The notes: generated by a model not told the origin, from the letters alone. A DNA stretch of 64,000 nucleotides from a candidate division FCPU426 bacterium (GCA_963719085.1 CAVRAL010000001.1:672001-736000), one strand, 5' to 3'; shown: positions 1 to 9,843, numbered from the stretch's first letter. Made by a program: numbers and translations.

Positions 1-1
1 C

Positions 2-565
2 TTGGATGTTCGGGTTTTGAGGGGTGTCCAAATCGCCTGCGTGGGGGACGCCACGGCCCAAGCCTTGAAAAAATATGGACTGATCGCGGACCTTGTCCCA
101 AAAGAATTTAAGCAGGAAGGCTTTATCCAAGCCTTTAAGTCGATTGATTTGAAAGGGCGGAAGATTTTAGTGCCCAAAGCCCGGGAAGGCCGGGAAGTGT
201 TCGAGCTTTTCTTGAAGTCGAAGGGTGCCAAGGTGGATCTTTTAATCCTGTATGAAAACCGCGTTCCCGCCGCCGCGCGCCGGCAAATTCAAACCCTTTT
301 TGAGCAACAGGATGGTGTGAGCTTGCTGACCTTTGCCTCTTCCTCGGCGGTTGATCATTTCTTTCAATTATTGACGCCTGCCCAGCGAAAAAAATGGGTT
401 TCCAAGCTTCCGGTAGCCGTGATGGGGCCTGTAACAGCCCAAGCGGCGCGCCAATGGAAGGCTAAAGTGGCGGTTCAACCAAAACGTTACACCGTCCCTG
501 ATTTGGTGGAAGCGATCGTGAAATGGGCCCACAAGAACAGGAAAAGATTTAATATAACTCCGTAA
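2..565 (+). CDS. hemD: Uroporphyrinogen-III synthase (C-terminal part, truncated by the window edge; may be a fusion)
   Basis: Motifs ACVGDATA, LILYEN, LTFASSSAV, AVMGPVTA; directly upstream of hemB. Confidence 0.85.
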   Translation: MDVRVLRGVQIACVGDATAQALKKYGLIADLVPKEFKQEGFIQAFKSIDLKGRKILVPKAREGREVFELFLKSKGAKVDLLILYENRVPAAARRQIQTLFEQQDGVSLLTFASSSAVDHFFQLLTPAQRKKWVSKLPVAVMGPVTAQAARQWKAKVAVQPKRYTVPDLVEAIVKWAHKNRKRFNITP

Positions 566-588
566 ATTGAAACCCTTTTGAGGTAAAA

Positions 589-1566
589 ATGACTTTTCCC
601 ATCCAACGCTTGCGGCGGCTTCGGCGGACCAAGGCTTTGCGGCTTTTGACCCAGGAGACCCAGTTGACGTCGTCCGATTTCATTCTTCCCCTTTTTGTCG
701 TCGAAGGCTTAAAGAAACCCGAGGCCATCACCTCGATGCCCGGGGTTGAGCGGCATAGCCTGGATACGCTCATCCGGGAAGCGAATTCGGCCCATGCTTT
801 GGGGATTCCCGCAGTTTTGCTGTTTGGTATTCCTAAGAGAAAAGACGCCGGCGCTTCCGAGGCATACCGGGCCGAGGGGATTATCCAAAAGGCCGTCCGG
901 CGGTTGAAGAAGGAAATTCCGTCCTTAGTGGTCATCACCGATGTTTGCGCCTGCGAATACACGTCCCATGGCCATTGCGGCATCCTTAAAAACGGCGATG
1001 TCGACAATGATCCCACTTTAAGTCTGCTCCAAAAGATCGCGTTGTCCCACGCCCAAGCCGGAGCCGATATGGTGGCGCCCTCGGACATGATGGATGGCCG
1101 GGTGGCGGCCATCCGAAAGGGCTTGGACGCGAAAAATTTCACTCAAACGCCTATCTTGAGCTATGCGGCCAAGTTCGCCTCGGCCTTCTACGGACCTTTC
1201 CGGGACGCCGCGGATTCGGCGCCGGCTTTCGGCGACCGCAGGTCCTATCAGATGAACGGGGCCAACGCGCGGGAAGCCATGCGGGAAATCGCCGCCGATA
1301 TCGAGGAGGGCGCCGATTTGGTCATGGTCAAGCCGGCCTTGAGCGCTTTGGATATCATCGCCAAGGCCCGTCAAAAATTCGACCTGCCGATTTGGGCCTA
1401 TCACGTGTCGGGGGAATATTCGATGATCAAGGCCGCCGCCCAAAACAAATGGCTGGACGAGTCGGCGGCCATGGCCGAAAGCCTGATCGCCATCAAAAGG
1501 GCCGGCGCCGACCGGATTTTGACCTACTGGGCCAAGGAAGCGGCCCGGTTTTTCAAAAGGGGATAA
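589..1566 (+). CDS. hemB: Porphobilinogen synthase (ALA dehydratase)
   Basis: DVCACEYTSHGHCG Zn site, APSDMMDGR, FYGPFRDAA, VMVKPA. Confidence 0.97.
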   Translation: MTFPIQRLRRLRRTKALRLLTQETQLTSSDFILPLFVVEGLKKPEAITSMPGVERHSLDTLIREANSAHALGIPAVLLFGIPKRKDAGASEAYRAEGIIQKAVRRLKKEIPSLVVITDVCACEYTSHGHCGILKNGDVDNDPTLSLLQKIALSHAQAGADMVAPSDMMDGRVAAIRKGLDAKNFTQTPILSYAAKFASAFYGPFRDAADSAPAFGDRRSYQMNGANAREAMREIAADIEEGADLVMVKPALSALDIIAKARQKFDLPIWAYHVSGEYSMIKAAAQNKWLDESAAMAESLIAIKRAGADRILTYWAKEAARFFKRG

Positions 1567-1609
1567 GGCTGGGTTTGTTCGGACTTGGGGATTTCAAGGA
1601 GGGCGGACT

Positions 1610-2125
1610 TTGAATCTTGGGATGATCGCGGCCTTGGGGTTTTACATCTGGTCGACTTTGGTGGTTTTGATTTGGGGTCTGCGCCAATCCCTGGGCGCCC
1701 TGATCTGGTATTTCCTTTTTCCCGCCGGGTTGCTTTTGACTGATTTTCTCGGTTTTTGCGCGAGGGCTTCTTTCGGCTACCACGATCCGACCACCGCCGA
1801 TTTTTGCGTCTTTGGGGCTGTGGGAGTCCTGCTGTTTGAGTTTTTTTTCCGGGACTTGGCTCCGGATTCTGAGCAATTATGGCTGGCTTTTTGTTTCCGG
1901 GTGGCCTCGCTCATTCCTTGGTTCTTTTTTTTATTTTTCTACGTCGTCCCGCGTTTTTTAACTTATCCGCAGGCGCGGGAAGCGGCTTTCTACCAATCCA
2001 TTTGGGCCTTGGCCGGCGCGGCGGCGGTTCAATTTTATTTGCGGCGCAAGCGTGACCGGGAAACTGAGGCGCAGGAAGCCATCGTGAGTGTAAAGAAAAA
2101 TCCCAAAGGGAAGGCCAAAAGTTGA
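1610..2125 (+). CDS. Hypothetical multi-pass membrane protein
   Basis: Several hydrophobic segments, GGAGG RBS upstream, stop overlaps the hemL start. Confidence 0.6.
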   Translation: MNLGMIAALGFYIWSTLVVLIWGLRQSLGALIWYFLFPAGLLLTDFLGFCARASFGYHDPTTADFCVFGAVGVLLFEFFFRDLAPDSEQLWLAFCFRVASLIPWFFFLFFYVVPRFLTYPQAREAAFYQSIWALAGAAAVQFYLRRKRDRETEAQEAIVSVKKNPKGKAKS

Positions 2126-3429
2126 GAAAAAAATTCGGTTTACGCCAGTCTGAAAAGCTTTTCGCCGAGGCTCAAAAGCACTTAGTGGGGGGCGTGAACA
2201 GCCCGGTCCGGGCCTTTAAAGGCGTCGGGGGGACCCCGATATTTTTTTCCCGGGGAAAAGGGCCTTATCTCATCGACGTGGATGGGAACCGCTACATCGA
2301 TTTGGTCGGCTCCTGGGGGCCTTTGATCTTGGGCCACTTGAATTTGGAGGTGGCCAATCAAGTCCGTCGGACCATGCGCCGCGGGTTTACCTTTGGCGCG
2401 CCGTCACCCTTGGAAACTGATTTGGCCGTTGAGGTCAAAAAAGCTTTTCCCTCGATTGAAAAAATTCGGTTTGTAAGCTCAGGAACTGAGGCCACCTTGA
2501 GCGCGCTTCGTTTGGCGCGGGCGGCGACGGGGAAGAAGCGGATCTTAAAATTCGACGGTTGTTACCACGGCCACGGGGACAGTTTTTTGGTGGCGGCGGG
2601 AAGCGGTCCGGCGACCTTGGGGTTGGCGGACAGCCCGGGAGTGCCGGCGGAATTCGCTTCTTTGACCTTGAGCGTGCCCTTTAATGACCTGAAAGCCGTT
2701 GAGAAAGCGTTTACCACTTTTGACGACATCGCGGCGGTCTTCGTGGAACCGGTCGCGGGCAACATGGGTGTGGTGCCGCCGGAGTCCGGCTTTTTGCGAG
2801 GATTGCGTGAGCTGTCCCGTAAATTTGGTGCTATTCTAATCTTCGACGAGGTCATGACGGGATTCCGGGTGGCTTACGGCGGCGCGCAAGAATTGTACGG
2901 TGTGACGCCCGATCTCACGACCCTCGGAAAAATCATTGGTGGAGGCATGCCGGTCGGGGCCTACGGGGGCCGGGCGGATTTGATGTCTCAAATCTCTCCC
3001 GAGGGTCCCGTTTATCAAGCGGGGACCCTTTCCGGAAATCCACTGGCCATGACGGCCGGGTTGGCCACTCTTAAAAAATTAAATCAAGACGGGGTCTACG
3101 CCCAACTGGAAAGGGCGGGGACCTATCTCGAAAAAGGAATCCTTCGAGCCGTTGAAAAAACCGGTGCCCCGGTGGTTTTCCAGCGGGTCGGAAGCATGGC
3201 CACACTCTTTTTCACAAAGGGAAAGGTCCAAAACTACGAGGACGCCAAGAAGAGTGATCGGGAAAAGTTCTCCCGATTTTTCTGGGCCATGGCCAAGCGC
3301 GGGGTTTATTTGCCCCCCTCCCAATTTGAGGCTTGGTTTCTTTCCACGGCTTTGGGCCCTCAGCATTTGAAAAGAATCGTGAATGCCGTATCGGAAAGTT
3401 TGATGGAGGTTGAGCAGCAAGGCCGGTGA
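2122..3429 (+). CDS. hemL: Glutamate-1-semialdehyde 2,1-aminomutase
   Basis: GGVNSPVRAF, SSGTEA, FDGCYHGHGD, FDEVMTGFR, TLGKIIGGG (PLP Lys), QAGTLSGNP. Confidence 0.97.
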   Translation: MRKKFGLRQSEKLFAEAQKHLVGGVNSPVRAFKGVGGTPIFFSRGKGPYLIDVDGNRYIDLVGSWGPLILGHLNLEVANQVRRTMRRGFTFGAPSPLETDLAVEVKKAFPSIEKIRFVSSGTEATLSALRLARAATGKKRILKFDGCYHGHGDSFLVAAGSGPATLGLADSPGVPAEFASLTLSVPFNDLKAVEKAFTTFDDIAAVFVEPVAGNMGVVPPESGFLRGLRELSRKFGAILIFDEVMTGFRVAYGGAQELYGVTPDLTTLGKIIGGGMPVGAYGGRADLMSQISPEGPVYQAGTLSGNPLAMTAGLATLKKLNQDGVYAQLERAGTYLEKGILRAVEKTGAPVVFQRVGSMATLFFTKGKVQNYEDAKKSDREKFSRFFWAMAKRGVYLPPSQFEAWFLSTALGPQHLKRIVNAVSESLMEVEQQGR

Positions 3430-3448
3430 AAATACGGGGAGGTGTGAG

Positions 3449-4159
3449 ATGAAAAAGAATCATGCCGTTTGGACCAACCGCCAATTTTTGACCACTGTGG
3501 CATTTGCCGTTGTTTTGGGTTTGGCGGGGGCTCCGGTTTTCGCCGAGGAAGAAATCCACTGGGACTCGAATGAGTCAACCCAAACCTCCAAACCCCTTGT
3601 GACCCCGGCGGAGTCCCCGATGGCCTCTACGCCCACGGTTTCGGACGCGCCTTTGGCCGAGCCCCAAGCGAAGCCGGCTGCCGGCATGGCCGAGTTGGCC
3701 CCGACCCCGACCGAAGAAACGGATTCCGACCTTCAAGAGTCCGAATCTTCCACGTCGACTCCGACGGCCGTTACGCCGACCGCGACCGTTGTCGCGGCTT
3801 TGGCCAAAGCCTCGCCGGCCGTGACTGTTTCGGCCGCCACTCCCCAACCCACTTCATCCATTATGACGGTGCAAGGCGTCTTGAAAATGAAAGATGTCTA
3901 TGCCTTGGGAATGAAATGCTACAATCAGAATAATTTCGTGGATGCCATCAAATACCTGAAGCAATCCCTCACGGTCAAAGATCCCTACACGCCTTCGTTT
4001 TATTACGCCGAAGCCAACGCCATGTTGGGGGTGATTTATCAGTTCCACATTGTTCACCCGGATTTGGCTTATCAGTATTATCATGAGGCCTTGAAAATCG
4101 ATCCGACGACGGAAACGGCTAAGAACCACATCGATCAAGTGAAACCGGATCAAAATTAA
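3449..4159 (+). CDS. Secreted protein with Thr/Pro/Ala-rich linker and C-terminal TPR-like domain
   Basis: GGAGG RBS before ATG 3449; signal peptide ending PVFA; low-complexity linker; TPR-like AMLGVIYQ...AYQYYHEALKIDP. Confidence 0.7.
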   Translation: MKKNHAVWTNRQFLTTVAFAVVLGLAGAPVFAEEEIHWDSNESTQTSKPLVTPAESPMASTPTVSDAPLAEPQAKPAAGMAELAPTPTEETDSDLQESESSTSTPTAVTPTATVVAALAKASPAVTVSAATPQPTSSIMTVQGVLKMKDVYALGMKCYNQNNFVDAIKYLKQSLTVKDPYTPSFYYAEANAMLGVIYQFHIVHPDLAYQYYHEALKIDPTTETAKNHIDQVKPDQN

Positions 4160-4178
4160 TCTTCACGAGGAATTCAGG

Positions 4179-5375
4179 GTGAACATCCAACGACTTTTGG
4201 GGGTCTTATGCTTTTTCGCCATCGCGGCGGGAGCGGGGGCGGACCCGTTGCCATTCAATATCACGGTTTATGGTCTATACGGGGCGCCGACCCAGCCGGA
4301 TTCCCTGGTTCATTCCAACTTTGACGGTTTAGGATTCGGCGGGTTGGTCGAATGGAATCCCTCTTATTTCGCCTCGCTGGGTTTAAGTTACGAGGAGGCG
4401 ACCTTTTACGGGGCGCCGAGTCTTTCCGCCGGCACCTTGAACCTGGAAGGTAAATATTATCTCGCGGCCTTTATCCAAAACGACGCGCCTTATCTTTTGG
4501 CCGGCGCGGGACTCAATGTGTTTAAGCCAAAGGTTGGTTGGCAGGGGAATTTGGGATTAAAAGTGGGAGTGGGCGAAAAGGTTTCCTTTATCGGCCCCAC
4601 TTTGCTCGATATTGGTTTTGATTACCATTGGATGGCCGATACCGGCAGTTTCCAATACGGCGATTTGCACGCGGGTGTGGGCTACGCTTTTGACATCAAG
4701 GGAGGCGAACCGGATGAGAAGTCGTCCCGCACGTCCAAGCCGACTCCGACCCCGCAAGGCTCGGTCACGTCGACGCCGACGGCCACCGTGACCGCTACGC
4801 CTACCGCGACCGGAAGCGTGACTCCGTTTTTTACGGCGACGGCAACGGCCACCGTGACCGTCACGCCCACGCCCGAACCCACCTTGACCACCGCGCAGGC
4901 CAAGGCGGTGATCTCCAAAATGAAGAAGTACTACCACCAGGGTGTGGTGGCGCTCAAAAATCATTACTACAAGACCGCGGTGAAGAACTTCGATGTTTGC
5001 GTGGATATCCACGAAAGCGTCGTTCCGTCTTATTACTACGCGGAAGCCTACGCTTCATTGGGCGTCATCTATCAGTTCCACCATCCGACGCCGGGCCATT
5101 TGGACCAGGCCCGCGCCTATTACAAGATGGCCCTCGCGATCGATCCTCAAACCGCGACAGCCAAGAAATATTTGGCCAAGCTGACGCCCAGCAAGGTCAA
5201 AAAGGCCAAAACGAAAGCCAAGGTAAAGCGCGTTGTCTCGGCCGCCACGCCGTTGGTGACGGCGGTCGCCACCGAAGCGCCTGTGGCGGCAGTGACGCCG
5301 GTCGCGACAACCGCTTCTATGAATTCCGGTTTTGGATCGCCAAAGACTCCTTCAACGCCGGTTTCTAAAAACTAA
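4179..5375 (+). CDS. Secreted protein: probable small outer-membrane beta-barrel, Thr/Pro linker, TPR-like domain
   Basis: Signal peptide (AGA), amphipathic strands ending GVGYAF, TPTATVTATPT repeats, TPR domain paralogous to that of the preceding gene. Confidence 0.65.
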   Translation: MNIQRLLGVLCFFAIAAGAGADPLPFNITVYGLYGAPTQPDSLVHSNFDGLGFGGLVEWNPSYFASLGLSYEEATFYGAPSLSAGTLNLEGKYYLAAFIQNDAPYLLAGAGLNVFKPKVGWQGNLGLKVGVGEKVSFIGPTLLDIGFDYHWMADTGSFQYGDLHAGVGYAFDIKGGEPDEKSSRTSKPTPTPQGSVTSTPTATVTATPTATGSVTPFFTATATATVTVTPTPEPTLTTAQAKAVISKMKKYYHQGVVALKNHYYKTAVKNFDVCVDIHESVVPSYYYAEAYASLGVIYQFHHPTPGHLDQARAYYKMALAIDPQTATAKKYLAKLTPSKVKKAKTKAKVKRVVSAATPLVTAVATEAPVAAVTPVATTASMNSGFGSPKTPSTPVSKN

Positions 5376-5395
5376 AACCGCTTTTCAATATCTTT

Positions 5396-5435
5396 GCGGC
5401 GGCAGTCACTTGGGTGGCTGTCGCCGTTTTTATTT
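5396..5435 (+). terminator. Rho-independent terminator
   Basis: Hairpin GCGGCAGTCAC-TTGG-GTGGCTGTCGC followed by a T-tract, between convergent genes. Confidence 0.75.
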
Positions 5436-5451
5436 CGATTGCGGAGCGCGA

Positions 5452-6099
5452 TTAATTGCCGCCCTGGGCTAGTTCGGCCCGCGCGTCGGCGATGGCGGCC
5501 AGCACCGGCTTGACGGCTTCCTTCAGGTTCTCGCCGTCCGTGATGGCCTGTTGGACAGTTGGGGTAAGGGCGTCGACTCCCTTGGGCGTGAGATCACTTG
5601 AAAGATAAACTTTAATTTGATCGATGTCGGAAATATAGGCCTTGAGTGATCCCTTGACGCCGACGCTTGCCGCCGAGATGTGGGCGAAGACCTCGCTGAG
5701 ATCGGCGCGGCGCTGTTCGCTGAGGGCCTCAATCTGTTCATCGGTATACGTATTGCCCTGCATCCGCCATTCCTCAAAATAATTCTTTTGCTGCGTGTTC
5801 ATTTTCTCCGCGCGTTCAAACAATCGTTTGCCCAGGGTTTCCATTTTGCTGACATTGTTTGAGTATTTATCGTAAGCCTGTCCTTCGTTGGGTTGGCCCG
5901 GATCAATGAGGGATTGGAGCGAACCGTCCGTGACATCCACTTGGGCCATGGCGTCAATATAATCCTGTTCCACAGTTTTCATCGTGTTGCGGGTATCGGC
6001 GGATCGTTGATTGCCGGTGGTCGCGCAACCGGATTGAAGCAGGGCGGTTCCGAGGATCGTAGCGCTTAATACAGCGGTTCGCATGGTTTGTCGTTTCAT
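5452..6099 (-). CDS. Alpha-helical lipoprotein, DUF2959-like
   Basis: Lipobox-like LQSGC after a hydrophobic stretch; helical body with YFEEW and YLSSDLTPKG; AGGAG RBS. Family assignment is from recognition only. Confidence 0.6.
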   Translation of the reverse strand: MKRQTMRTAVLSATILGTALLQSGCATTGNQRSADTRNTMKTVEQDYIDAMAQVDVTDGSLQSLIDPGQPNEGQAYDKYSNNVSKMETLGKRLFERAEKMNTQQKNYFEEWRMQGNTYTDEQIEALSEQRRADLSEVFAHISAASVGVKGSLKAYISDIDQIKVYLSSDLTPKGVDALTPTVQQAITDGENLKEAVKPVLAAIADARAELAQGGN

Positions 6100-6412
6100 A
6101 GTGAATCTCCTTTAAATTAAATCAGTGTGGTGATGACGATCAGGGTTTGATAGGAGGCAAGTATTGTGCCTTGTTTTACTTTGGAAATTAACGCGTGACA
6201 CGATGATTGTGGCGGCGGGCGCCGATCATAATGATTTGGCCGCGTTCATTTTGATCGTTTTGATTTATTGGAGAGACGCGCGGGGGTAAAGTAAATCAAA
6301 TTTGGGGCGCTGAGTTTGTTCGTGGTGAAAAGGGAAGGCTGGGTTCCGGCTTGAGTTTTGATGGTTGGGAAATTTTGTCTGAATTATTTAGCGGTCCTAA
6401 AGCTTGTAACTT

Positions 6413-7195
6413 TTAGTTCACCATTTGCCGGATGCGCTCAATCTTAGTGGCTTTGCCCGTTTCCTTGTCCACTGAAACCACAACCGCCTGGAACAAATAG
6501 GGCATAGCTTCCGAAACCTCAAAGCGGGCGGGGGAGCCGGTTAAAAAGCGGTGCAATACTTGCTCTTGTTTCATCCCGATTACCGAGTTCGGCGAGCCGG
6601 TCATGCCGATGTCGGTCAAATAAGCCGTGCCGCCCGGCAAAATTTCCTCGTCCGCCGTCATCACGTGCGTGTGGGTGCCGGTTACCGAGCTGACCCTTCC
6701 ATTCAAATACCAACCCATGGCGCGCTTTTCGCTGGTGGCCTCGCAATGCATATCCACGATGATGATCTTGGCTTTGCTTTGAACCTGCTCAATGGCCCGG
6801 TCGGCGGTTTTGAAAGGGCAGTCGATGGGGTACATAAAGACCCGGCCCATCAGGTTCAAAACGGCGATCGGCGTTCCTTTGCAATCAAACACACCCAAAC
6901 CTGAACCGGGATTCTCCGAAGGATAGTTGTGCGGGCGAAGCAGCCGGGCGTCCTTGCCCAAAATTTCCCGGACTTCCTTTTTGGCCCAAATATGGTTTCC
7001 GCTCGTCACCACATCCACGCCGGTTTCCAGCAATTGCTTGAAGGAATCGGGTTGGATGCCGGTGCCGTTGGCGATGTTTTCCCCGTTGGCCACCACGAAA
7101 TCAATGGCGTGATCGGCTTTGACTCGGGCCATGCAGTTATGGACGGCGTGACGGCCGGGTTTTCCGATGATGTCGCCGATGAGAAGGATGTTCAT
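6413..7195 (-). CDS. ymdB: YmdB/TIGR00282 family metallophosphoesterase
   Basis: GDIIG, NGEN, TSGNH, HCEATSEK, GTHTHV, TDIGMTG. Confidence 0.92.
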   Translation of the reverse strand: MNILLIGDIIGKPGRHAVHNCMARVKADHAIDFVVANGENIANGTGIQPDSFKQLLETGVDVVTSGNHIWAKKEVREILGKDARLLRPHNYPSENPGSGLGVFDCKGTPIAVLNLMGRVFMYPIDCPFKTADRAIEQVQSKAKIIIVDMHCEATSEKRAMGWYLNGRVSSVTGTHTHVMTADEEILPGGTAYLTDIGMTGSPNSVIGMKQEQVLHRFLTGSPARFEVSEAMPYLFQAVVVSVDKETGKATKIERIRQMVN

Positions 7196-7284
7196 GAAAG
7201 CCTTTAGTCGAAAGGAATGGGAAGCCCGAAGAGATTAAACAAAACGACGGCGAAAAGCAAATAAGAGTAGAACCAAAACAAACT

Positions 7285-7409
7285 GCTCACGCAAAGACGC
7301 TAAAACGCCAAGGTGGAATGGAAACAATTTTGATTAAAGCCCAATTATACGGATATTTTCAAACAACAGAATTTTGTCTTTCTCAGCATCTTGGCGTCTT
7401 TGCGTGAGC
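7285..7409. repeat. Long inverted-repeat element E1 (CGCAAAG type)
   Basis: Left arm gctcacgcaaagacgctaaaacgccaag (7285-7312); right arm ctcagcatcttggcgtctttgcgtgagc (7382-7409); AT-rich spacer. Confidence 0.9.
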
Positions 7410-7425
7410 TTTTTTTATTGGTTTA

Positions 7426-8022
7426 TTAGGAACTACAGTATTCCAGCGCTTTTTCGTGGAGAAGGGCTTTCACCGGAATGTCGTGCGCGCCTACGGGAAC
7501 CTCATCGACCACTTGGAACGAATAGCAAAGTCCGATGGAGACGGAGTCGGGTCTTAAGTGGGGCAAAGCCCGGTCGTAATAGCCCTTGCCGAATCCTAGA
7601 CGGTATCCTTTTCGATCAAAGGCCAAGCCGGGAACCAGTATGAGGTCGATTTTATCCAGGGGAACCGCGTGAACCGGTTCGGGGCATAAAATTCCGAATT
7701 CACCCGGGGAAAGTTTTTTTAAATCCGTGACTTCATAAAAGCGAAGCTGGCTTTTGTTTTTGGAAACGTGGGGGAGCGCCAGCTTTTTTCCGGAGGCCAT
7801 AATGCCTTCTAAAAGTGGGTAAGTATCGATTTCGCCCTTGGTGGAAGCGAAAGCCGCCACAGTTTTAGCTTTTTTGTAATCCACGTTCTGTTGAAGCAGG
7901 TGAAAGGTCGCTTGACTGGCCACTTCAATAAAGTCCCGTCCGATTTGAGTCCGTAGGGCCATTAATTGATCCCGGAGTTTGGCCTTGCTTTCGTTGATGG
8001 CGGATTCGGAGTGGGAGGTCAT
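7426..8022 (-). CDS. ygfA: 5-formyltetrahydrofolate cyclo-ligase
   Basis: GEIDT, FGILCP, LVPGLAFDRKGYRLGFGKGYYDR, HDIPV. Confidence 0.93.
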   Translation of the reverse strand: MTSHSESAINESKAKLRDQLMALRTQIGRDFIEVASQATFHLLQQNVDYKKAKTVAAFASTKGEIDTYPLLEGIMASGKKLALPHVSKNKSQLRFYEVTDLKKLSPGEFGILCPEPVHAVPLDKIDLILVPGLAFDRKGYRLGFGKGYYDRALPHLRPDSVSIGLCYSFQVVDEVPVGAHDIPVKALLHEKALEYCSS

Positions 8023-9359
8023 GGGGCCTTTTCGGCGGGTTTGTCTTGGGATTCCAGTTGTTTTAAATGCTCGAGCCAGGCTTTGATCTTAGCCTCATAA
8101 CCCATCTCGGTGGGTTGGTAATAACGGTTCACGCCCTCGGCGTAAACCTGTTTGACGTAATGATCTTTAAAATCATGGGCATATTGATAGCCTTGCCCAT
8201 GGCCCAAGGTTTTCGCGCCCGCGTAATGCGTGTCTTTCAAGTGCGTGGGGACTTCCTTGGTGGTTTCTTTTTTGATGTCAGCGGTCGCGTTTTCCAATCC
8301 CATATAAGCGGCGTTGCTTTTAGGGGCGCAGGCCAGATAAACCGTGGCTTGGGCCAGCGGGATGCGGCCTTCGGGCAAACCGATAAATTCCAGCGCTTGC
8401 TGGGCCGCCACGGCCAAGGTCAGGGCTTGGGGATCGGCGTTGCCGATGTCCTCCGCCGCGGAGATGACCAGGCGCCTCGCGATGAACCGGGTGTCTTCTC
8501 CCGCGTAAAGCATCTTGGCCAGCCAATAAAGCGCGGCGTCCGGATCCGAGCCCCGGATGCTTTTGATGAAAGCGGAGATGGTGTCGTAATGCTGGTCGCC
8601 CGAGGCGTCATATTGGATAAATTTACGCTGGACGGATTCTTGGGCCGCTTCCAAATCAATCCGGATAAGCCCTTTCGAGTCGGGGGGCGTGGTGAGCACG
8701 GCCACTTCCAAGGCGTTTAAAAGAACGCGGCCATCGCCGGAAGCGGATTGAATTAAATGGGTCCGCGCGTCGGAAGCCAACTCGACTGGGTATTTCCCCA
8801 GGCCCCGCTCAGAATCCTTTAAAGCCCGGTCCAAAATGAGCGTGAGATCTTTTTCTTCCAGAGGTTTTAATTCACAAACCCGGGAGCGGGAAAGCAGGGC
8901 GCTGTTCAAGGCGAAGAAGGGATTTTGCGTGGTGGCGCCGACCAGGATAATAACGCCTTGTTCCAGATGGGGAAGCAGGGCGTCTTGTTGGCTTTTATTG
9001 AAGTGGTGGATTTCGTCTAAAAAAAGAACCGTCGATTTTTGATAAAGCTTTTTATTTTCGGTGGCTTCGGCGAAAACCGCGCGAAGCTCGGCTAATCCCG
9101 ACGTCACGGCGTTTAAGGCCACAAAGCGGCCTTGAAGCTTGCGGGCGACCAGCCGGGCGAATCCGGTTTTGCCCGTTCCCGGGGGGCCGTACAAAACGAG
9201 CGAGACAATTTTACCCGATTCCAAAAGCCGCCGTAAAAGTTTACCGGGGCCAATCAAGTGTTCTTGGCCGACATACTCCTCCAAGGTTTTGGGGGACATG
9301 CGGATGGCCAGGGGGCGAAGGGCGTCTTTTTCTTCAGGAACGGAATCGAATAAATCCAT
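8019..9359 (-). CDS. rarA: Replication-associated recombination AAA+ ATPase RarA/MgsA
   Basis: PLAIRMSP, Walker A GPPGTGKT, LDEIH, SAFIKSIRGSDPDA, EDIGNADP, KSNAAY. Confidence 0.95.
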   Translation of the reverse strand: MDLFDSVPEEKDALRPLAIRMSPKTLEEYVGQEHLIGPGKLLRRLLESGKIVSLVLYGPPGTGKTGFARLVARKLQGRFVALNAVTSGLAELRAVFAEATENKKLYQKSTVLFLDEIHHFNKSQQDALLPHLEQGVIILVGATTQNPFFALNSALLSRSRVCELKPLEEKDLTLILDRALKDSERGLGKYPVELASDARTHLIQSASGDGRVLLNALEVAVLTTPPDSKGLIRIDLEAAQESVQRKFIQYDASGDQHYDTISAFIKSIRGSDPDAALYWLAKMLYAGEDTRFIARRLVISAAEDIGNADPQALTLAVAAQQALEFIGLPEGRIPLAQATVYLACAPKSNAAYMGLENATADIKKETTKEVPTHLKDTHYAGAKTLGHGQGYQYAHDFKDHYVKQVYAEGVNRYYQPTEMGYEAKIKAWLEHLKQLESQDKPAEKAP

Positions 9360-9396
9360 GGGTCAATAATAAAGCGGGTCGAGCGGGGCAACAAGG

Positions 9397-9495
9397 CCCC
9401 GCTTCGCCTAAAGGCTACGCCGGGCATGGGGTCTGTCTTGTTTATAAGGTTTTTCGGGAGCGGGTATGTCGGGCGTGGCTAAAGCGAAGCCCGAC
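9397..9495. repeat. Inverted pair of short REP-like hairpins
   Basis: ccccgcttcgcctaaaggctacgccggg (from 9397) and gtcgggcgtggctaaagcgaagcccgac (9468-9495) share GCTTCGC-loop-GCYACGCC in opposite orientations. Confidence 0.65.
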
Positions 9496-9536
9496 CGTCT
9501 TCACTAGCGGGTTTCGCCGGGTAAAAAATAAAAAAA

Positions 9537-9715
9537 GCCACCCGCCTGTGCCGTTTAAGACAGTACTTTTCTGAGGCCTGACTAAGTCAGGTGGGTGCCC
9601 GATCAAGCGGTTCATCGGCTTCCGAAGAAGACTATCCCCGATTGGTTTTGAACACCCGGTTTTTATTTTGTGGCTCAGAATTTCCCGCCCCAAGCTCGAA
9701 CACCGCAGGAGGCCC
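9537..9715 (-). ncRNA. ssrS: 6S RNA
   Basis: About 180 nt of non-coding sequence whose ends pair (5' GCCUCCUGCGGUGUUCG with 3' CGGCACAGGCGGGUGGC); internal GGGCACCCACCUG; followed by a U-tract; strong promoter upstream; lies between zapA and ygfA, the usual context. Confidence 0.85.
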
Positions 9716-9722
9716 TAAGAAC

Positions 9723-9750
9723 ATTCTATGAACGCGGGGTTTCTTGTCAA
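9723..9750 (-). promoter_or_regulatory. Sigma70-type promoter of the 6S RNA
   Basis: Minus strand TTGACA (9750-9745), 16 nt, TAGAAT (9728-9723), just upstream of the predicted RNA 5' end. Confidence 0.8.
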
Positions 9751-9843
9751 GGGATCCGAGGGCGGGAAAATTTGAAATGAGGGTTGAGAATTGGGAAAGG
9801 CTGTATCAGAATGCATGCCATCTTCCAGGGAGTAAGCCCCGTG

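Noticed and set aside
4730..4900. Tandem DNA repeat (ACG/CCG-rich)
   Set aside because: Explained by the Thr/Pro/Ala linker codons of the protein.
6100..6412. ncRNA in the 310-nt intergenic gap
   Set aside because: No convincing stable structure or known motif; probably the promoter region of the lipoprotein gene.
9442..9693. 83-aa minus-strand ORF
   Set aside because: Overlaps the predicted 6S RNA and has no protein features.
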